NCBI GenBank assembly: GCA_043799545.1
Contig: JAZDNO010000026.1
Span: 76,340 to 140,339, forward strand
Reading direction: 5' to 3'
From: Methanobacteriota archaeon
Lineage (GTDB): Archaea > Thermoplasmatota > Thermoplasmata > SG8-5 > DAIRED01
Length of the DNA stretch: 64,000 nucleotides
Shown: positions 62,507 through 64,000 of the stretch, piece after piece
Numbering within the stretch: position 1 is the first letter of the stretch
Layout: each line of letters opens with the position of its first letter
Notes under the pieces: model-generated
What the model saw: only the letters and a program-made list of their open reading frames with translations
Told to the model about the DNA's origin: nothing
Databases searched by the model: none
Position numbers and translations under genes: made by a program

Positions 62507-63140
62507 CGATTATTTCTAGCAACCTATTACGATTATAGCGCTTTTTACCTACGAGGGTAGCAATAGCTATGGCGAGCATTATTGATGCCAAAAAAATCCA
62601 GATTTGAAACGATGACCGGTTACCAACAAAATTGTAAGGCGTTTGTATTGACGCAGACAGTCCTCCGAGATCATTGATCAAAATATCTATACTTTGTGCG
62701 TTTCTGAATGGGTGAAAAACGAAATAAACTGTGAGCGTCGTTCTCACGATGTAATCTTCTCCAGACTCTGGTCGTGATACATTACAAAGGTTGAGTACTA
62801 TATTTTCATTTCCGATAATTTCATTAAATCTGTTTATTCGCACGTTGATTGATAAATTTTCGTATTGTTCGAACATGAAAAGCGAAAGTGTATTATTATT
62901 ACTATCTAAAATACGGATTGAAATATTTGAAATATCCTGCCAAGAATTGTAATCGATTACTGTCAAGGCGATATTGTCGTATTCATTGCTTTTTGAAAAA
63001 ATAAAGGAAGATATTTCTGGAGGAACATTCTGGATTGATAGAGTATTAGGGGCGGCCATCGCTATTTGTCCTCCATTAAATACTATTGTATTGAGAACGA
63101 AGATACATAACACTACCGAGGTAATTGAGGCGAACTTCAT
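62484..63140 (-). CDS. Hypothetical secreted, C-terminally anchored protein (low GC)
   Basis: Signal peptide MKFASITSVVLCIFVL...AMA; beta-rich ectodomain; TM IWIFLASIMLAIAIATLV plus KKR; ATGA overlap with the upstream gene. Confidence 0.72.
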   Translation of the reverse strand: MKFASITSVVLCIFVLNTIVFNGGQIAMAAPNTLSIQNVPPEISSFIFSKSNEYDNIALTVIDYNSWQDISNISIRILDSNNNTLSLFMFEQYENLSINVRINRFNEIIGNENIVLNLCNVSRPESGEDYIVRTTLTVYFVFHPFRNAQSIDILINDLGGLSASIQTPYNFVGNRSSFQIWIFLASIMLAIAIATLVGKKRYNRNRLLEIIDEKYGEI

Positions 63141-64000
63141 TGTTTTTTCCTCTTCTTAAAAATGCCTTCCTTATTAAATAAAAGAAAAAGGGTTATTATA
63201 GCTACAAATGTGGGAATTAGGATAAGAATCGATTTTAATATGAAAATCGAGAACTGCGAGTTATGAGGCTCATATGTTATGGCTTCCGAACCTACGTTTA
63301 TAACCGTAAAAATATCCTCTCGCAGTGCAGTTCCGTTCACAGATATGTTATATATCAACAGAGCCAAAGTATTTTCTACATTTAAGAGTAAAGTGATTAT
63401 TATATTTTTATAGTTGTTATTTAAAGTCAGATTTACGGGTGAATTACTGTAAACGGAATCATACTCAACTGACAAAATACTTGCATTTACACTCTCCGGC
63501 GAGATCGTGACATCCCCCGTACCGATTAATTTAAGAGGTACTGAGACTATTTGGTTGTAATTCGCACTTAGGGATATCTCATACTGCGCGATTATGCCAT
63601 TAATGAACACAACACCATAATCGAAAGGATTAACCCCGACTCGGATTTCAACGTTGATAATTTCTTGAAGTGTTTGAAAGATGCCAAACGATGAGTTCGT
63701 AGGTATCATATGTAGGGCCTTTGTTGTTATTATCCCATCCACTTTTATTATGGATGGCGACCAATTTCCGGTATGAAGTAAGATGTAGTGTTGGGTCTTA
63801 TCGGCGATGTGTATAACATTTGAAAAATTCGTCACGCTAAACCGCTCTGTCAAATTGCTGAAGGTTATATTCACTCCCAGGGGAACATTTTTCTGATTGG
63901 TCAATATGAATTTTTGACCATTCGAAAATGAGCTTAACTCAGACTCCCGGTATTCGGGCACGTTGAAGATAAAATCGGACGATTCCAACGTATGGCCTGA
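63137..64000 (-). CDS. Hypothetical surface protein with C-terminal TM and KKRKKQ tail, 5'-truncated by the window end
   Basis: Frame is open to the window edge; Asn/Ile-rich beta region with many N-x-S/T sequons; TM SILILIPTFVAIITLFLLF. Confidence 0.7.
   Translation of the reverse strand, partial: SGHTLESSDFIFNVPEYRESELSSFSNGQKFILTNQKNVPLGVNITFSNLTERFSVTNFSNVIHIADKTQHYILLHTGNWSPSIIKVDGIITTKALHMIPTNSSFGIFQTLQEIINVEIRVGVNPFDYGVVFINGIIAQYEISLSANYNQIVSVPLKLIGTGDVTISPESVNASILSVEYDSVYSNSPVNLTLNNNYKNIIITLLLNVENTLALLIYNISVNGTALREDIFTVINVGSEAITYEPHNSQFSIFILKSILILIPTFVAIITLFLLFNKEGIFKKRKKQ

Larger units (their letters stand above)
61180..64000. mobile_element. Low-GC horizontally acquired island (left part; continues past window end)
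   Basis: Abrupt shift from about 60% to roughly 35% GC and AT-rich codon usage. No integrase within the window. Confidence 0.6.

Noticed and set aside
1-64000. tRNA, rRNA, SRP or RNase P RNA, integrase, transposase
   Set aside because: No T-loop/anticodon cloverleaf, rRNA-length gap, SRP helix-8 or RNase P signature, or recombinase/transposase motif was found by eye in any intergenic region or ORF.

Overview
GC-rich (about 60%, estimated by eye) archaeal chromosomal DNA. It is most consistent with Thermoplasmatota/Thermoplasmata: archaeal rps15, rpl1-rplP0-rpl12, fibrillarin, RFC-S, Hel308, HerA and pantoate kinase, plus DUF835 proteins, GWNL-tailed surface proteins, TATA promoters and GGAGG/GGTGA SD sites. 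Housekeeping genes (CoA synthesis, pyk, IMPase-NAD kinase-JAMM) are interleaved with two very large secreted beta-propeller/beta-helix surface proteins, a 9-gene surface-glycan cluster (22.5-31.8 kb), a DUF4258/Zn-finger-AbrB toxin-antitoxin-like pair, three prepilin-like genes ending in a 1576-aa lamin-tail-domain protein, TPR/DUF835 signalling-type proteins, and a low-GC island at the right end (about 61.2-64 kb). No tRNA, rRNA, CRISPR array, integrase or transposase was seen. The strongest hidden signal is a 91-92 bp tandem repeat at the herA 3' end. It re-encodes the last 9 codons plus stop (GESIKVIED*) with only synonymous changes, the footprint expected of an element that integrates into and restores the herA 3' end. 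Other leads: the prepilin-like/LTD operon with an 11-residue-periodic amphipathic helix, a DUF835-longin-like-TPR fusion, an atypical receiver-hemerythrin fusion, an HPD-less J-like protein and an L1-binding mRNA leader. All family assignments come from motif recognition; no database search was run.
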